Notes under the pieces: generated by a model
What the model was told of the DNA's origin: nothing
What the model saw: the letters and a program-made list of their open reading frames with translations, nothing else
The model's database searches: none
Part shown: piece after piece, positions 1 through 13,460 of the stretch
Numbering within the stretch: position 1 is the stretch's first letter
Layout of the letters: each line of letters starts with the position of its first letter
Assembly (NCBI RefSeq): GCF_036321535.1
Contig: NC_087437.1
Location: 103,232,001 to 103,296,000, forward strand
Source of the DNA: Camelus dromedarius
Lineage: Eukaryota
Direction: 5' to 3'
Length of the DNA: 64,000 bases
Program-made: the position numbers and the translations under genes

Positions 1-202
1 AAACTTAAGTACTAGTAAATCTTCTATTAAACATATAAAATTGTTTTGACTTTTACATTCCAAAACACTTTCATTATATTTTTAATACATCAGTGGGTTA
101 TCAAATCTAAGCCACCCCATAATGAATGATTTGGTACATCTAAATCTGCCACTTCAAAGTGCCTTAGCAAATTAAGTTGATTATTTTTGTATTCTCTTCC
201 AG

Positions 203-314
203 AAAATTGCCCTTAAAAGAAGAAAATGGGAAAGAAGTCCTAAATCCAGAAACTATAGAAATTAAGGTTTCTAATGACATCATTCAATCAAAAGAAGACG
301 ACAGCAAAGCGTAA
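203..314 (+). CDS. NCAM2: Terminal coding exon of neural cell adhesion molecule 2 (cytoplasmic tail; partial CDS, upstream exons outside window)
   Basis: Polypyrimidine tract plus AG acceptor (attctcttccag, AG at 201-202). One leftover base at 203, then frame 204-314 reads [39 protein letters not shown], which matches the mammalian NCAM2 C-terminus as I recall it. Absent from the ORF track because it has no ATG. Confidence 0.96.
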
Positions 315-485
315 CAGCAAGATTACAGAGTCATGATCAACGCAACAAAGAGCATTTGCATTGCCGTGAACCCCATGACCAAAACTATTCCACTGACCTT
401 AATTTCTCGGGAAACTTCTAGCTTGGAATAGCTTGTATACATATACATATGATCAAATACTCCTGCCCATGGTCTGTTTCCTTTG

Positions 486-514
486 GTTGTTGTTGTTGTT
501 GTTACTGTTGTTGT
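486..514 (+). repeat. Imperfect (GTT)n microsatellite in the 3' UTR
   Basis: ggttgttgttgttgttgttactgttgttgtt. Confidence 0.9.
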
Positions 515-1115
515 TTACTTTCTTATGAATTTCAGTATAGAGACCTGACTGGCACCAACTCTTTGTATCAATTTGACCTTATGATTCAAGTCCTGCAATT
601 TATTATATGGCTAAAGTGCTCTATTTCTTAAGAACTATACTTCATACCACAACCTCTACACAAATAGGGGTTTAAGAAAAACCAAAACAGAGTCTTTGTG
701 AGCTAAATGCATAAGAAAGCCCTGCATGTTTTTTAATCCAGTCGTGGGCAAAAAGATTATTAAGGTGAATTTCAGTTTAAGATGAAACCACTTAATAAAG
801 CTTACACTTTTCATTCGGAGAATTTCAGGGAATTTAGGCTTGAAGGAGCCAGTTATCTTTAGTAGACGTTAAATACTGAGAGAAACTTTGGAAAACTCTT
901 TTTAAGTTATAATTACAACATGGATTTTTGACAGACTGAAGTGCCAGATCAAAATTGTTACCCATTTGAGCAAATATTAGTTGTGTGTAAAATTAGATTA
1001 GAAAGATTCCGTAAATCTCGATCTCTTTATATATGCCATATTCACTCACAGTGGATTACACACACAAAAAATGTATTGCAAGTGAAAATAATATTGATTT
1101 CTGCCCTCAGCTTCA

Positions 1116-1126
1116 AATAAAATAAA
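1116..1126 (+). terminator. Candidate proximal polyadenylation signals (overlapping AATAAAATAAA)
   Basis: Two overlapping AATAAA at 1116 and 1121 with downstream TGTTGTCTTG; another AATAAA at 794-799. Confidence 0.4.
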
Positions 1127-4100
1127 TTGAAATGGGAACAATATCAATGTTGTCTTGATATATTTATAAATATGTGATTTTTTTTACTTTTTAAATAAGT
1201 TTATCAAAAAAAGTCATGTTCAAACACTTGATCATATCTTCAGACACATTTTTGCCCATTGTTTTAAATAATCTTTGTTTAAAAATTAATTTTCCCAGTG
1301 TTATTGGTCAATCATTATACGTAATTGGCTAATAGGAATTCAAATCCTTAGTGGTTAAATAATGGAGAAATTAACATTTAAACATTGTAATGAAAGTGTA
1401 AATGATAAATGATTGAATTACCACTAACTGTTTTTATTCTGGATGTTGTAGCTAGAAGTCATTTTAAAATTTTGATAAACAATTCTGGTTGAAGAAATTC
1501 CTTAACTATTCAACACAAACTTTCTAATAGTACCTGTTAGTAATATATACCAGAATAAAATACTTATTAACTTCCAAGCTATGCAAGCTCCCAGAGGTAA
1601 AAGGATGAAACATGATTTCCACTTACATGTAAGGTAAAAAAAAATGTATTTATGATTATAAATATACGTACCAATTGGGAGCAGGTTTTAGATTATCCCT
1701 TACCCTAGAGAGCCAAAGGTTTCTTTAGGCCCCATCATGTTCATAAGCTTTCGTGTTTCAGGTGGTATCATCTCTCAAATATTGACTGGTTGGGGAATGC
1801 ATACCAATAGAACATTGGAGGAAAGTCTTAACAGTGCAGAGCGACCTGTTTTAGGATGTCTCTCTACAGAGATCATTTGATGAATATTAAATATAACACT
1901 AACGACACTCATAAACACTTTCATTTACAAAGTGCTTGGAACTGTCAGCCAAGGAAAGACAGCTAACTAATTCTCCAAAACTTTGATTATTATAGGACAG
2001 AATGTGCCTATTTACATGTTCAGGCACTAAATCGCCACAGTGTCGTTGCCAAAATGTACAGGTTATATGATGCAGGAATCTCTCCTTGTTCTCCTTTCAG
2101 GCATATTCTGAAGAAAAGCATTCTTGTGCCTACGTAGGAATTTGAATAGAAATTATACAACTGGTCTTTTGATGACTTTGACTGTTGCTGTTGAGTTTAC
2201 GTTTGTCTGATCATCTGTTTGCTTTATTTTACTGTTTCTGCCCTTTTGTTCCAATGTGCTACAACTAGTCAGAATACTTGAATTATTTTGTGCAGACTAA
2301 ATGGGCTTAGGTAAGTGTCCGTGAAGCAATAGCTGTGGATGCTAATTTTTCCTGGCTAGGGCTACGTGGTTTTAAGTAATTATGGTGAAAGAATTAGGAA
2401 AACTGAGAAAGTGATTTAGCATGTTTACTATTGTTCTATCCATGCTATATTTCAAGAGCAGAGAAATCATAATAAAGAACAAAGATTTTTGTTTCCTCAG
2501 TTTGAAAGTTCTGTTTCTCTCATTTCTTTGGACTTTTCATGTAAAGCAATTTAATTAAATATTTCTTTTCTATATACATATATATATATATACACACAAT
2601 ATGTTGTTAAATTTCTTGCCACTAATGTGAAATAATGATCTGAAGTTAACAGATAATCTGAAACTAATTGTAAACAGACTGTTTCAATACATTGCTTCAA
2701 TTGTCCAGTGGTCCTTATCTCTTGTCCTTGAAATCTATGCCCTGTGGGAGCAAGGCAATACTGTCATCTGTGATAAACTTTTCTTTTTCTTTCTTTTTTC
2801 TTTCCAATGGAATGCTCCTTATAAAAGTTTCCAGAAGAGATGGCTTGTAGTAAATTGTAAAATATGAGTAGAATTGAAATAATCTGTTTCTTATTTTTCT
2901 TTTTTTATTCTAGACTAAACATATCCATATGACTGTATAAATGTTATTTTTACTGTCTAAGAGTACTCTTAAATGTTAGTATAAAATGTCAAAGAGTTGA
3001 CTGAATATAGGTACTGTTAAATAACCAGAGCCCTATGCTACTTTAAACAGAGAAGCAAAGATATCATTGAAAATATTGGTATTTCTTGATAGGTTTTGTG
3101 CAATTAGGCAATGACAATCTATATTCAATAACAAATACGAGGGAACAGTAATATTAGCATTTTAAGACCCATTTGGTTTTTAAAACTGGCACAAATTAAT
3201 GTGTCAACATATTTTACAATGATCTGCAAAGCAATTTAAAAATTTTGATTTCTAGAGATTTATTTATTATTTTTTTGTGGGTTGATCTATGGCCATTCTA
3301 ACCTCTAACATTAATGTAATGTTTCTCAAGCTTTCCTTTATTTTTTCACTATTAGTACCTATAAAAGCATTTTTCGAAGACTATTTGATCCTACAAAGTT
3401 TACATGAATCTTAGTCTTTGAATTAATTTATATGAATAGAAAGTTTTTATTAATCAAATTATTTATTTGAGTGCCAACCATTAAGTGTAATTTTATAATT
3501 ATACCTTAATTTTATGCATCTTATTTTAAATAATTAAGATGTATTTGTGCCTTTGGAGTAGCATGACATTCTGCTTTATTAAAAGAAAAAAACACAGCTG
3601 CAATCTTTATTGATATATTTTGCTTGTAACTGTGAAACTTGAATGATACTGTCTTACTTACATTTAGTGAATAAGCTCAGTTCAAAGGATTTCACCTTGA
3701 AAACAAAATCTCAATAAAACAAATTATACTGTGTAACTTATTTCCACTCATGACAAAGCAATTCTTTTGATGCACACACAAAATGTACTTAATTTGTTCT
3801 GTATTGTTGTTCTAGACAATAAGTATATTCCAGATATTATTGACATTGAGTTTTACTAGTTGTAAGACAAAGACAACAGATGACTTTTTAAAATAGGGTA
3901 AATTAATACGGTGTCACTTGGGTCTACATCACTCCTGCTATGTATTTGATTTGGGATTATAAATCATCCTCTACTGTTGATGATAAAATAATCACTCATG
4001 AAAATATCTACAACTAAAGTGATAAAATAATCTCCATTTCTTAATTTAAGAAATGTTGGAATGGCTTCTTACGATTACTTGTGAAATTTGCAATGTTCTT

Positions 4101-5634
4101 TTTCACAGAGAATAATGTAAATGCTCAATTTCAACCCCTCATGGAGTTATTTTTCATAATCATAAATAGAGTGCTTATTCAATAGAGTTTATGCATAGAT
4201 GAGAATACACTTTTAAATGAGATTGTTTGCATTATTTATCTTTAGAGAGAAAAGATTTGCACCTTCTTATTAACCCTTTAAAGCATTATTACATTGTCTT
4301 TCACACTGAAATCACATATGGATGTATTAGCATATGCCAGAATTTCACTGTGGAAGATCCCAGAAGTGAAGTACTTCAATCCTAAAATGAAAATCTCTCC
4401 AAAAAGTATTCTACTCACAGGCTTACTAATGTTCTGAGATGAAATGACTAGATGCATAAATGAGAAAGTTATAAAAGAGCCTAGATGTAGTAGTTACTGG
4501 ACAAATGTAATTTCCTTCCAACTCTGTCCTCTCCTTTTTAAAAATAGCATTTTCTCATGTAGATGTATCTATTTAACATTATACAGAATGCTAATAGATT
4601 AATGATTTCCCCTCATAGACTCTTATACGCAATGCTTTATATTTATTTGATAACATATTAAAAATTCCTAGAAAAATAGTTTATTATTCACTATAGGATT
4701 TTATCAATAACTTAGCTACCTTAGTTGGTACCACCACTTTAATTTTTTAATAAAATTTTCAGGATTTTGGTTACATGATGTTCATTATAATTAATATAAA
4801 AATCACCCATATAAATTTAATGTTGCCACTTATTTTAATTGTTTTCCTAAAATTAAAATGTATATCTTTTAGCATCTGGTTTTAGTCTTCCTTGGAACAA
4901 CATAAGCAAAGCAGTGACTGTTGGAGCATTTCAAATCACAACCAGGTACAGGATAATAGAGGAACAAAGATCTGAAAGAATCCAGAAAGGCAGACTAAAC
5001 TCTGATGTTGGAAATAGGTGACCTTGGTGTGAGAAGTTCTGGAGCAGGGACAAGGAAGATTGCATAGAAAAAAATTGAGACCAATTACATTGATGCGAAG
5101 GAGAAAACTTAGTGAAATCCAGAGGAGAAAGTTAACCTGGATAGAACCTATGATTCCATTTTGCAAATAGGATGTTTTTAGAGAACAACAAGCATTGTAT
5201 AAAGTAAATGGTACTGTTAAGAGGAAACATATTTGTTCCAATTCTTAAAGGAATGTTCATGGTTTAGCATTTGCCTCTAAACTCTGTTAGAAATATGTGA
5301 ACTTAGAAATAAAGGTTAAAAAAACATATTTTTTTGGTACGTGAATTCTATGCTGTGTTCAGTATGCATTAAAATATGCTGTCTTTTATTTTCTTTAACT
5401 TATATATGCCATTCAAATTCTATATTCTTAAGTTGGCTACCACAAAGTTTTCTTATTGTTTCAATATAGTACGTCCCTATGAAATGCTGTGTATATATAT
5501 GTCTAAACTGTACAAAATATACTGCAAATGTTGAAGTTTTGTATTTATGAGAGACATTGAAAGTATGGCTTACAGTATATCAAAATTGTCACTCTTCACC
5601 ATTTGTATATTAATAGTAAAGATACTTTTACTTT

Positions 5635-5640
5635 AATAAA
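5635..5640 (+). terminator. Candidate distal polyadenylation signal AATAAA
   Basis: ctttAATAAAgtgttgcatttatgtttattttg, with upstream TGTA elements, sitting where repeat-free sequence ends. Confidence 0.6.
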
Positions 5641-5856
5641 GTGTTGCATTTATGTTTATTTTGAATACTATCTCTGCACTGAGTGAACTTATGACTTGAG
5701 AAACATTTTTCACTTAAAAATTTTTTTCAAACCTATCTCTAAATATTCAAAAGGAGAGAATGCCTTCTGTCCTCTGGCCTCACCCTGAGTCATAATCGCT
5801 GGGCTTCCACTTGATGCCCCATCAGAGAGGTTAATGAGTAAACAGTCAGTAAGAGC

Positions 5857-6034
5857 AGCAGTTCTCAAAACGTGGTCCCAGCCCAGCAGCACGGGCACCA
5901 CCTGGGAACTTGTTAGAAATATAAACTTCTGGACTCCAGCACAGACCTAGCCAGCCAGAATAACCAGGGAGAGGAGCCTGTCTTTCAACACGCCTTTCTG
6001 GGAATTCTGATGCACACAAATTTGATGGGCACTG
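5857..6034. mobile_element. MER5A-like hAT-Charlie DNA transposon fossil
   Basis: cagcagttctcaaaacgtggtcc...cacctgggaacttgttagaaat...gattctgatgcacac-like segment...cactgg, typical MER5A layout. Confidence 0.8.
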
Positions 6035-7194
6035 GGTGGAGACACACTTTCACAGTAAGCTGGTATTAACTTCTAGTTCATGTTAGAATTTTCTTTCTCA
6101 TTTTTATGTAGATTATCTACTTTCAGGATTTCGTGAGTTAATTAAAAGAAGCCGCTAATCATTCCTCACAAGCCTTTACAAAATGTTTTCTTTCTTTTTA
6201 TTTTTATAACCAGTGTAACATTTAACTCATTCTTAAAATTAAAAAAAAAAAGTATATGCCAGGTTTTCACAAGAGGGCAATTTTCTTATAAACTTTACAC
6301 AGAGTGCATACATGTATAGAATAAAAATAATATTAAGTAGGGTTTGAAGGGTGAAAAAAAGTATCTTGTATATGTATTTATCCTTGGCAGAACTTAGCTC
6401 TCCAAAACAAAGTGTATACACTTTAGTATTTCAACTTTCCTGAATAACTTAACTCATTTTCCATACATAGCATTTTTTTTATATGGGAGAGACAACCATA
6501 CTACTGTACTATAATAACATGCAACTTAATCAAAATTTAATTTGCTGAGAATTTTTTCTTAATCCAACAGGCTATAAAGGCAGATATTTCTAACATTAAG
6601 ATATTTTAGTATTTGGAAAAAAATTAACATGATGATTCAGTTCAAATTGATGTCTCCTCTTCAACCTCCAATTTCCACGCTCCTTATCGGACTACTGTAT
6701 CAATATCTGGTACTGACTGACAAGATTGAATAAAGAACATATAGAAAAAAGAATGATTATCAAGACCAATCCAAAACATGTGTATACTATCACATTTGGC
6801 GATCAAGCAGTTCCAGATTCTCTTGTAAGAGTCATTTATAAATGGAGAGTTTTAGAGAAGGAAGTTGAATTTTTCTTTATACTTGGAGGCATTACCTGGG
6901 AGCAGAAAATAGTCATTTTATTCATAAGCAAGGACGCAAACTTTGTAAATGGGATGAAATATATACTCAAGCTCACTCAATGGGAGTTGCAGAAGCTTTA
7001 TCATCAAGTTTGATTATGTGATGCTCCCCTACCAATTCTAATGGAAACACCCTCTGAAAAGCGTAAATGAAATTTTCACTAACTCAGAAACCAAGAAATT
7101 CACATCTTTACTCACCTTAAAAAAAATGAGGGAAGAATTTCCCATAAAGTCACAGTGGGAATAGAAATAGGATTATTGAAGTAATATTAGGAAA

Positions 7195-7440
7195 TAGATA
7201 AGAACCCAGGTATTGGAATTAGAATAGAATCAGGTTCACTACCCAATTCCTATGACTTACTGCTAGTTCTGAACTTGGGCAATTTATAAATTTATTTAAA
7301 ACTTGACTTTCTTATCAATAAAATGGTGATTCTAAAGTGAATAATATTTATCTCCAGGAGTCGATGTAAGGATTTATTGAGATAATGTTTACAAAGTTCT
7401 TTAGGCAATACCTGCCACCTGAAATGCCAAAAATGGTAGC
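7195..7440 (+). mobile_element. MIR SINE
   Basis: Core motif acttgggcaattt...tttcttatcaataaaatgg...gtaaggatttattgagataatg. Confidence 0.75.
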
Positions 7441-8200
7441 CATGATTATCTCTATCCCTAACCTGCCATATTTCAACACTGATTCTAATAAGTTGTGTTT
7501 GGCAGCTATTTCATATCCTTTAGAGACAAACCATAAATAAAATCAGTGGTTTCATAATACATAATTTCATAAAATATTTAATAGGCTAAATTTGAGTCTG
7601 AAAAAGTAGAAAGAATGGCTTTCTTTTTTATTACTTCTATTCCTATTTTGCTTATTTATTGCTGAATAACAAATCAAACCAAAATGTAGCAGCTTAAAAC
7701 ATCAATGATACAATATTTTTCATGCCTATATGTTACCTTGACTTAACTTGGCAATTATTTTGCTCCATATAGTGTAGTTGAACTCTATGTGTCTACTGGT
7801 TTTTAAGAGGAAATCCTAAAAAATGGAAGCCCCAGTGTGTACACACTTACCACGACTTTTTTCATCACATTCGTAATGTCCAACTGGTTAAATAAAGTCA
7901 TGTGAATAAACACATAGTTAAAGTGTGAGCAGAAGGGTTGTAAACACAAGTATGATTTATTGAATATTAACCATGTGATAGCATGGCACCAGCATCCTTT
8001 TGTCTCCTAATGCTTCCCATCTTTTCCACATGCAAAATTCACTCATCTCTTTCCCAAAATGTTCAAAGTCTTATCTCATTATGTTGTCAGGATCAAGTTT
8101 AAATTTCAGAGTTTATTCAACTAAATGAATTCCAGGTGCCCATAAGCCTCCTCAGGTAGTTTACCTTGGGTGCACTTCTTTAGAGCAGAGACCCGGGCAC

Positions 8201-8231
<31 letters not shown>

Positions 8232-9204
8232 AACCCACAGTTAAACTAATCCCAGAAGACCCTACAGACAATTGTGAGACAGAAGCAGGAAAATACCAAT
8301 AGACAAATAGATGCTGCCATTCAAAAAGTAAGGAGGAAAGAAATGGGGATCTATTTAGTACCTAGAAATCTATTTTCATTTACATTGTCTAAGCCCATTA
8401 GGTTCAAACTGATACAAGTCCTTTAAAAATGTGTGAGTTTTGTATGTATTAAATTGTAATCCACTACATCAGACAAAATCCACACTTCCAAATCTCTTTG
8501 TTAGTCCACTCTCTATATGGAAGCAAAATGATCTGAATTGCATAATTCCTTTAAGATTCTTAAAAGCTCATTTATCTAGTTAAGAAACTCTATAAAACAC
8601 TTTCTTAAATTTCTGTTACCTGGACAAAAGACACCTTTGATTTGATTTTTCATCTCAGAACTCTGTCTTACTAGTAATACTCTGACTTTGATTTTTGTCC
8701 TTATGTCATGTATTGCTTTGAGAAACTTTTGACAGCTGGAATTTGTGGGAATAAGAGAAAAAAAATCTGAAAGAAAAAATATCCCTCTAAAATATACTTG
8801 AAAATCTCTGTAGGACATTTCTCTCTTGCAACACCTACTTATATCTGAGAGAGAAAAAAAAAAAAAAAAAAGACAGTTACCACTTTCAACATGCTACCTG
8901 TGGATCTGACTGGTTCACAAACTCGTTTGTTAGATTTTCTGTTTTCCAATTGATCACAGGCAACAAATTTTAAATTTCTGAATTATTCTGCCTGTACGAA
9001 ACATGGTTTTCTTTATTTCAGGTCTCTAGTAGCAATTTCCTCCTTGTTCCAGCAGACTTCACCAGCAGTCTCCTTACCTACATTCAGAACTCCATCTCCT
9101 ACTTGGTTAGAAAGCCCAGGACAGAAGTTTTAGGTTTTTGTTACGTACGACGGTAGTTCACTTGCAGTTTATCAGTTTCTGTTTCACTTGTCTGTGTCTT
9201 ATCA

Positions 9205-10038
9205 GTATTAATGCCCTATTGCTGCTGTAAGAAAGTACAAGAGGTAAGTGGCTTAAAAACACACAAATTTATTATTTTACAGTTCTTGGGGTCAAACTCA
9301 GATACGTAGGCTTCACTGGGCTAAAATCAAGAAGTCAGCAGGATTATGTTAGTTTGAAGGCTTCTAGAATGTCTTAGTTTGGGCTGTTATAAGAAGTCAC
9401 CACAGTATGGACTGCTTAAACAACAAACATTTATTTCTCATGGCTCTGCAGGCTGGAAGTCTGTGAATCAGGATGTCAGCATGGCTGAGTTCTTGGTGAG
9501 GCCCTCCTCCTGGTAATGTTCTCACATGATCTTTCTTTGGTGTGTGTATTCAGAGAGACAGAGAGAGAGAGAGCTAGTTCTTATTTCTCATCCTCTTTTT
9601 AAGAGGGCATTAATTTCATTATGAAGACCCCACCCTTATTATCTAATCTAAATCTAATTACCTCCCAAAGGCTCTACCTCCAAATACAATCAGGTTGGGG
9701 ATTAGGTTTCAAAACATGAATTTTTAGGGGATACAAATATTCAGTCCACAGCATAAGGGTTGTCCACATTCCCTGACTCAGTCTCTTGCCATTTGCAAAG
9801 CCAACAATTGCATTCCTCGGACCTCTGCTTCTATCAACATACCTTCTTTTCTGACTCATACTCCTTGCCTCATTGGGTCTGTTTGGATAATCAAACATAA
9901 TCTCCCTTTCTCATGGTTCTTAATTAAGTTTGCAGTCTTTTTTTTTTTTTTTCTTTCATGTAAGGCAATTTATTTGAAGGTTTTAGGGATTAAGACCTGG
10001 GCATTCTTTGGGGACCACAATTCTGTTCTGCCCACCAG
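9205..10038 (-). mobile_element. MLT1C/D-like solo LTR nested in the MaLR
   Basis: ctattgctgctgtaa...gtggcttaaaaacacacaaatttattattttacagttct...gggctaaaatcaag; resumes after 9752 and ends gggattaagacctgggcattctttgggg...ccacca. Confidence 0.75.
9370..9752 (-). mobile_element. MLT1A-like solo LTR nested in the MLT1C/D
   Basis: tgtcttagtttgggctgttataa...acaacaaacatttatttctcatggctctgcaggctggaagtc...aaatattcagtccacagca. Confidence 0.8.
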
Positions 10039-10953
10039 CCTTAACAAACCATTGCAAAATATAAAACTACAATGCCACACTTTATGATATCATGATTTTG
10101 TGTGTTGACCTTGCCCAATGTGATGTGGTTTTGCTTTGTTTTGCTTTTGGCTCGTTGATGTCTGGAGGTCAGTTATACAGTTGCAGTCAGCTGGAAGCCC
10201 AGAAGAAAATAGAATGTGGAAGATGGCCCCTCACCCTCTAGGTTTCTTCACATGGCCTCAAGCCATTCTGTAGCAAAATACAAAGGTCTTTAGAATGTGG
10301 TGAATGGCTTTTAAAAAAGAGATTTTTAGAAGCACAAGGTTCCAATATGCAATTACTTACCAAGTCTTTGCTTACATCACTCTTGTTATATGACAACTTA
10401 CAGATTTGGTGACCACTTAGTTACTGTGAGAAAGAATTTCACTTAAGAGGCATGATTTACTAGCAGCAGCAAAAAGAACATATTTTACACAAGCAGTGGA
10501 ATGGCTCAAAATATCAAAACTGCAATAGATAGAGGTACTGTAATCAAGAAATCATGAAATAGAAAAGAATAAATAACAGGGCTTACATAATACTATGTAC
10601 CTCATCATTTATTTCCATTATTTTTATAACTAAAATTCTGATAAGCAGAAATAATTTTTCTTGGTTTATGTATTTTGAAAGTGGCAGAAACAAGATTCAA
10701 ATTCAGGTCAAGCAACTTTTATTCAAGTTTTTTTTTTTTCCATTAAGCATCACATATAGACAGACAATATAGATGAATAATGTATTTCAAATTAATCTCA
10801 GAATATACTGGTTTAATATACTCTCCATATATACATTAGATTTGGTAATAAAGCAGTATTATTAGAATCAGCTACATGATTTAAAAATATACTTAATTAT
10901 GATACATGTAGGTATAAGAAATAAAATGTGTATTAATATATAGTAAATATAAG

Positions 10954-11513
10954 TATTACCCCAAAGGGGAAGGGAAAAAAAACCTCAGTTCTTGTCATAC
11001 CTGAAAATTAAGAATTCAGACTGGAGATGGAGCATTGTGTAATGAAAGATTTTAAAGGATTTATTAGCAAAGGGAAAGTACACCTTTAAGCTTGGGAGGC
11101 AGGCTGATCCAAGGGCAGATAGCAATGGTCTTTGTTTGCCCCTTTCTATTGTACCTTCGCTTAGAGGCAGTCTCTTGATTGATTGACAGCTCTTGCCCCT
11201 GGAGTGTTTAGTCATGGTCATCCCCTTTTGCGCTTGTCCTTACCCATGATGCACATGGAAAAACCCATGGGTGGGGCCTAAACCTCAATGCTAATTTTAT
11301 TAAATTGAGCACTGGGTTATGCCCTATTAGGTCATTGTCACTACCTCACAGTTGAGGCTGTCAAGTTCTAACTGGTTTCTTGATGGCACTCGTTTAGAGA
11401 AAGTAAAGCCCCTTTACGCTGAAGGCAGGCATACCGCCATCCTCTGGACCATCCTCTGGACCATCCTCCCTCCACCTATCTGTTCATCGCCTCACTTATC
11501 TAACTACTTAACA
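10954..11513 (-). mobile_element. ERV1-type solo LTR
   Basis: Sharply bounded GC-richer block, T(A)TTACC...TAACA termini, TTTATT (minus-strand poly(A) signal), internal 12-bp tandem ccatcctctgga at 11437-11468. Confidence 0.65.
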
Positions 11514-11959
11514 TGAGGAACAATATTATAGAACATGTATTAAATTATTGCTATTTAAAATCAGAGAAAAATGTATCAGCTTCAAGTAAAATTAATTCGG
11601 ATAATCACCTACCTTGTTTTCACAAGGAACATTTGAAGTCTAATTCCTCAGTATAAGAATGGGTGAAAAACTGATTACTTTTAAGTAGAAAATCAATAAC
11701 TTTTAAAAGAAAGCAATTGTCTACTTTTTTCTTTTTTGCTATCTCTCTTCTATCTCCTCCTATTTAAAAGAGATTATTAGTAAGTCACTGATTCAAAGAC
11801 ACAAATTTATAATAATCCCTGTTTCTGACGGATTTCAAACTAGTCATTTTATCACTTATGCAGATTTTATATATCCTACATCTCATGAATTGAGAAATAT
11901 TTGTGATTTTCAGTTGTACATCAATAGATGAATGACTTAACAAATTATATTCAAAGGAT

Positions 11960-12410
11960 ACACTTTGTATAACTTGAATACTTTTAAATTTATTTAGTCT
12001 TGTTTTACGACCCAGAGTATCTTGGCAAATGCTCAGTCTAAAGTGGAGAAGAGTATGTTTGCTGGCAGTTTTATGGAATGTTCTGTGAATGTGAATTATG
12101 TCAATTTGGTTGATAATGCTATTTAAGTATTCTATATCTTCACTGATTTTCTGTCTCCTGGTTCTATCAATTATTCAGAGAGTAGTGTAAAATCTGTAAC
12201 TATAGTTGTGAATTTATCTATTTTCTCTTGCACTCCTATCAGTTTTTTGCTTCTTTTGTTTTGAAGCTCATTATTAGATATAGAAATGTTTAAGATCGCT
12301 GTGTCCTCTAGATGAATTGGGCCCTTTATCATTATGAAAAGGCCCTACTTATCCCTTGGAAATCTCTGCTCTGAAGTCTGCTTTGTCTGATATTAAGACA
12401 GCCATTGTAT
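11960..12410 (-). mobile_element. Old L1M ORF2 (endonuclease-region) fragment
   Basis: Antisense L1-like text: tcttcactgattttctgtctcctggttctatcaattatt...gtctgctttgtctgatatta. Confidence 0.7.
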
Positions 12411-12418
12411 CAGCTACC

Positions 12419-13460
12419 AATGCTGCAGTAAACATGGGAGTGCAGATATTTTTTCAATAACCTGTTTTCATTTCCTTTGGATATATACCCAGAAGTGGAA
12501 TTGCTAGATCAAATGGTAGTTTTATTTTTAACTTTTTGAGGAACCTTGATGTTGTTTTCCACAGTGGCTGCACCAATTTACATTTCCACCAACTGTGAGT
12601 GCACAAGGTTCCTTGTTCTCCAAGTTCTTGCTAATACTTACCATCTCTTCTCTTTTTGATGACGGTCATTTTATCAGGTATGTGGTGATAGCTCATTTGG
12701 ATTTGGAGTTGCCTTCCCTGATTATCAGTGATGCTGAGCATCTTTTTATGTATGTGTTGGCCATTTGTATGCCTTCTTTGGAGAAATATCTATTCAATTC
12801 CAGGGCTGTTTTTTAATCAGATTGTTCATCTTTTATAATTGAGTTATGTGAACCAAGATATGGAAATTACTTAAAAGTCTGTCAATGAATGATTGGATTA
12901 CAAATATGGGTGTACATGCAGACACACACACACACACACACACACACAATAGAATATTATCCAGCTATATGAAAGAAGGATATTCTGCCATTTGCAACAA
13001 CATGGATAAACCTTTAGAGTATTATGCTAAGTGAAATAAGTCAGACAGAGAAAGACAAATACTGTATGATATCACTTATATGTAGAATTTATAAGATTGG
13101 AACTTTTAGAAACAGAGAGTAGAATTGTGTTACCAGGGACTAAGGAGTGGGGAAATTGGGACTATGTTGGTCAAAGCATACAAACTTGCAGTTGGAAGAT
13201 GAGTAAGTTCTGGGGATCTAATTCAGAGCATTGTGGTTATAGTCAGCAGTACTGTATTATATACTGCAAAGTTGCTGAGAAACTAGATCATATATGTTCT
13301 CAGCATGAAATGAAATAATAATTACACCACCTGAAAGAGGTGTTAGCTAATGCTATAGAAGTAATCACACTGCAATATATAAGTGTGTCTATTCAGCATC
13401 CTGTATACTTTATACTTACACAATGTTATATATCAATCATATCTGAATAAATGAAAGAAT
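12419..13460 (+). mobile_element. 5'-inverted, truncated L1MA-type LINE
   Basis: 12419-12850 is antisense ORF2 3' end; 12851-13460 is sense 3' end with AATAAA at 13446; (CA)n at ~12923-12948. Confidence 0.85.

Larger units (their letters stand above)
315..5665 (+). other. NCAM2: Probable long 3' UTR of NCAM2
   Basis: Follows the stop codon; AT-rich with no obvious interspersed repeats until ~5855; ends shortly after AATAAA at 5635-5640 followed by GT/T-rich sequence. The end position is inferred. Confidence 0.65.
7640..10490 (-). mobile_element. Ancient MaLR (MLT1) element with LTR-internal-LTR structure, interrupted by nested MLT1 LTRs
   Basis: LTR ~7640-7990, MLT-int-like sequence ~7990-9179, second LTR starting ~9180 and resuming ~10040-10490. 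The two LTRs share aagag...acttacca...catcac segments. Confidence 0.6.

Noticed and set aside
449..631. 60-aa Cys-rich ORF (GCCCCCYCCC)
   Set aside because: The Cys run is just the (GTT)n microsatellite read in frame inside the NCAM2 3' UTR.
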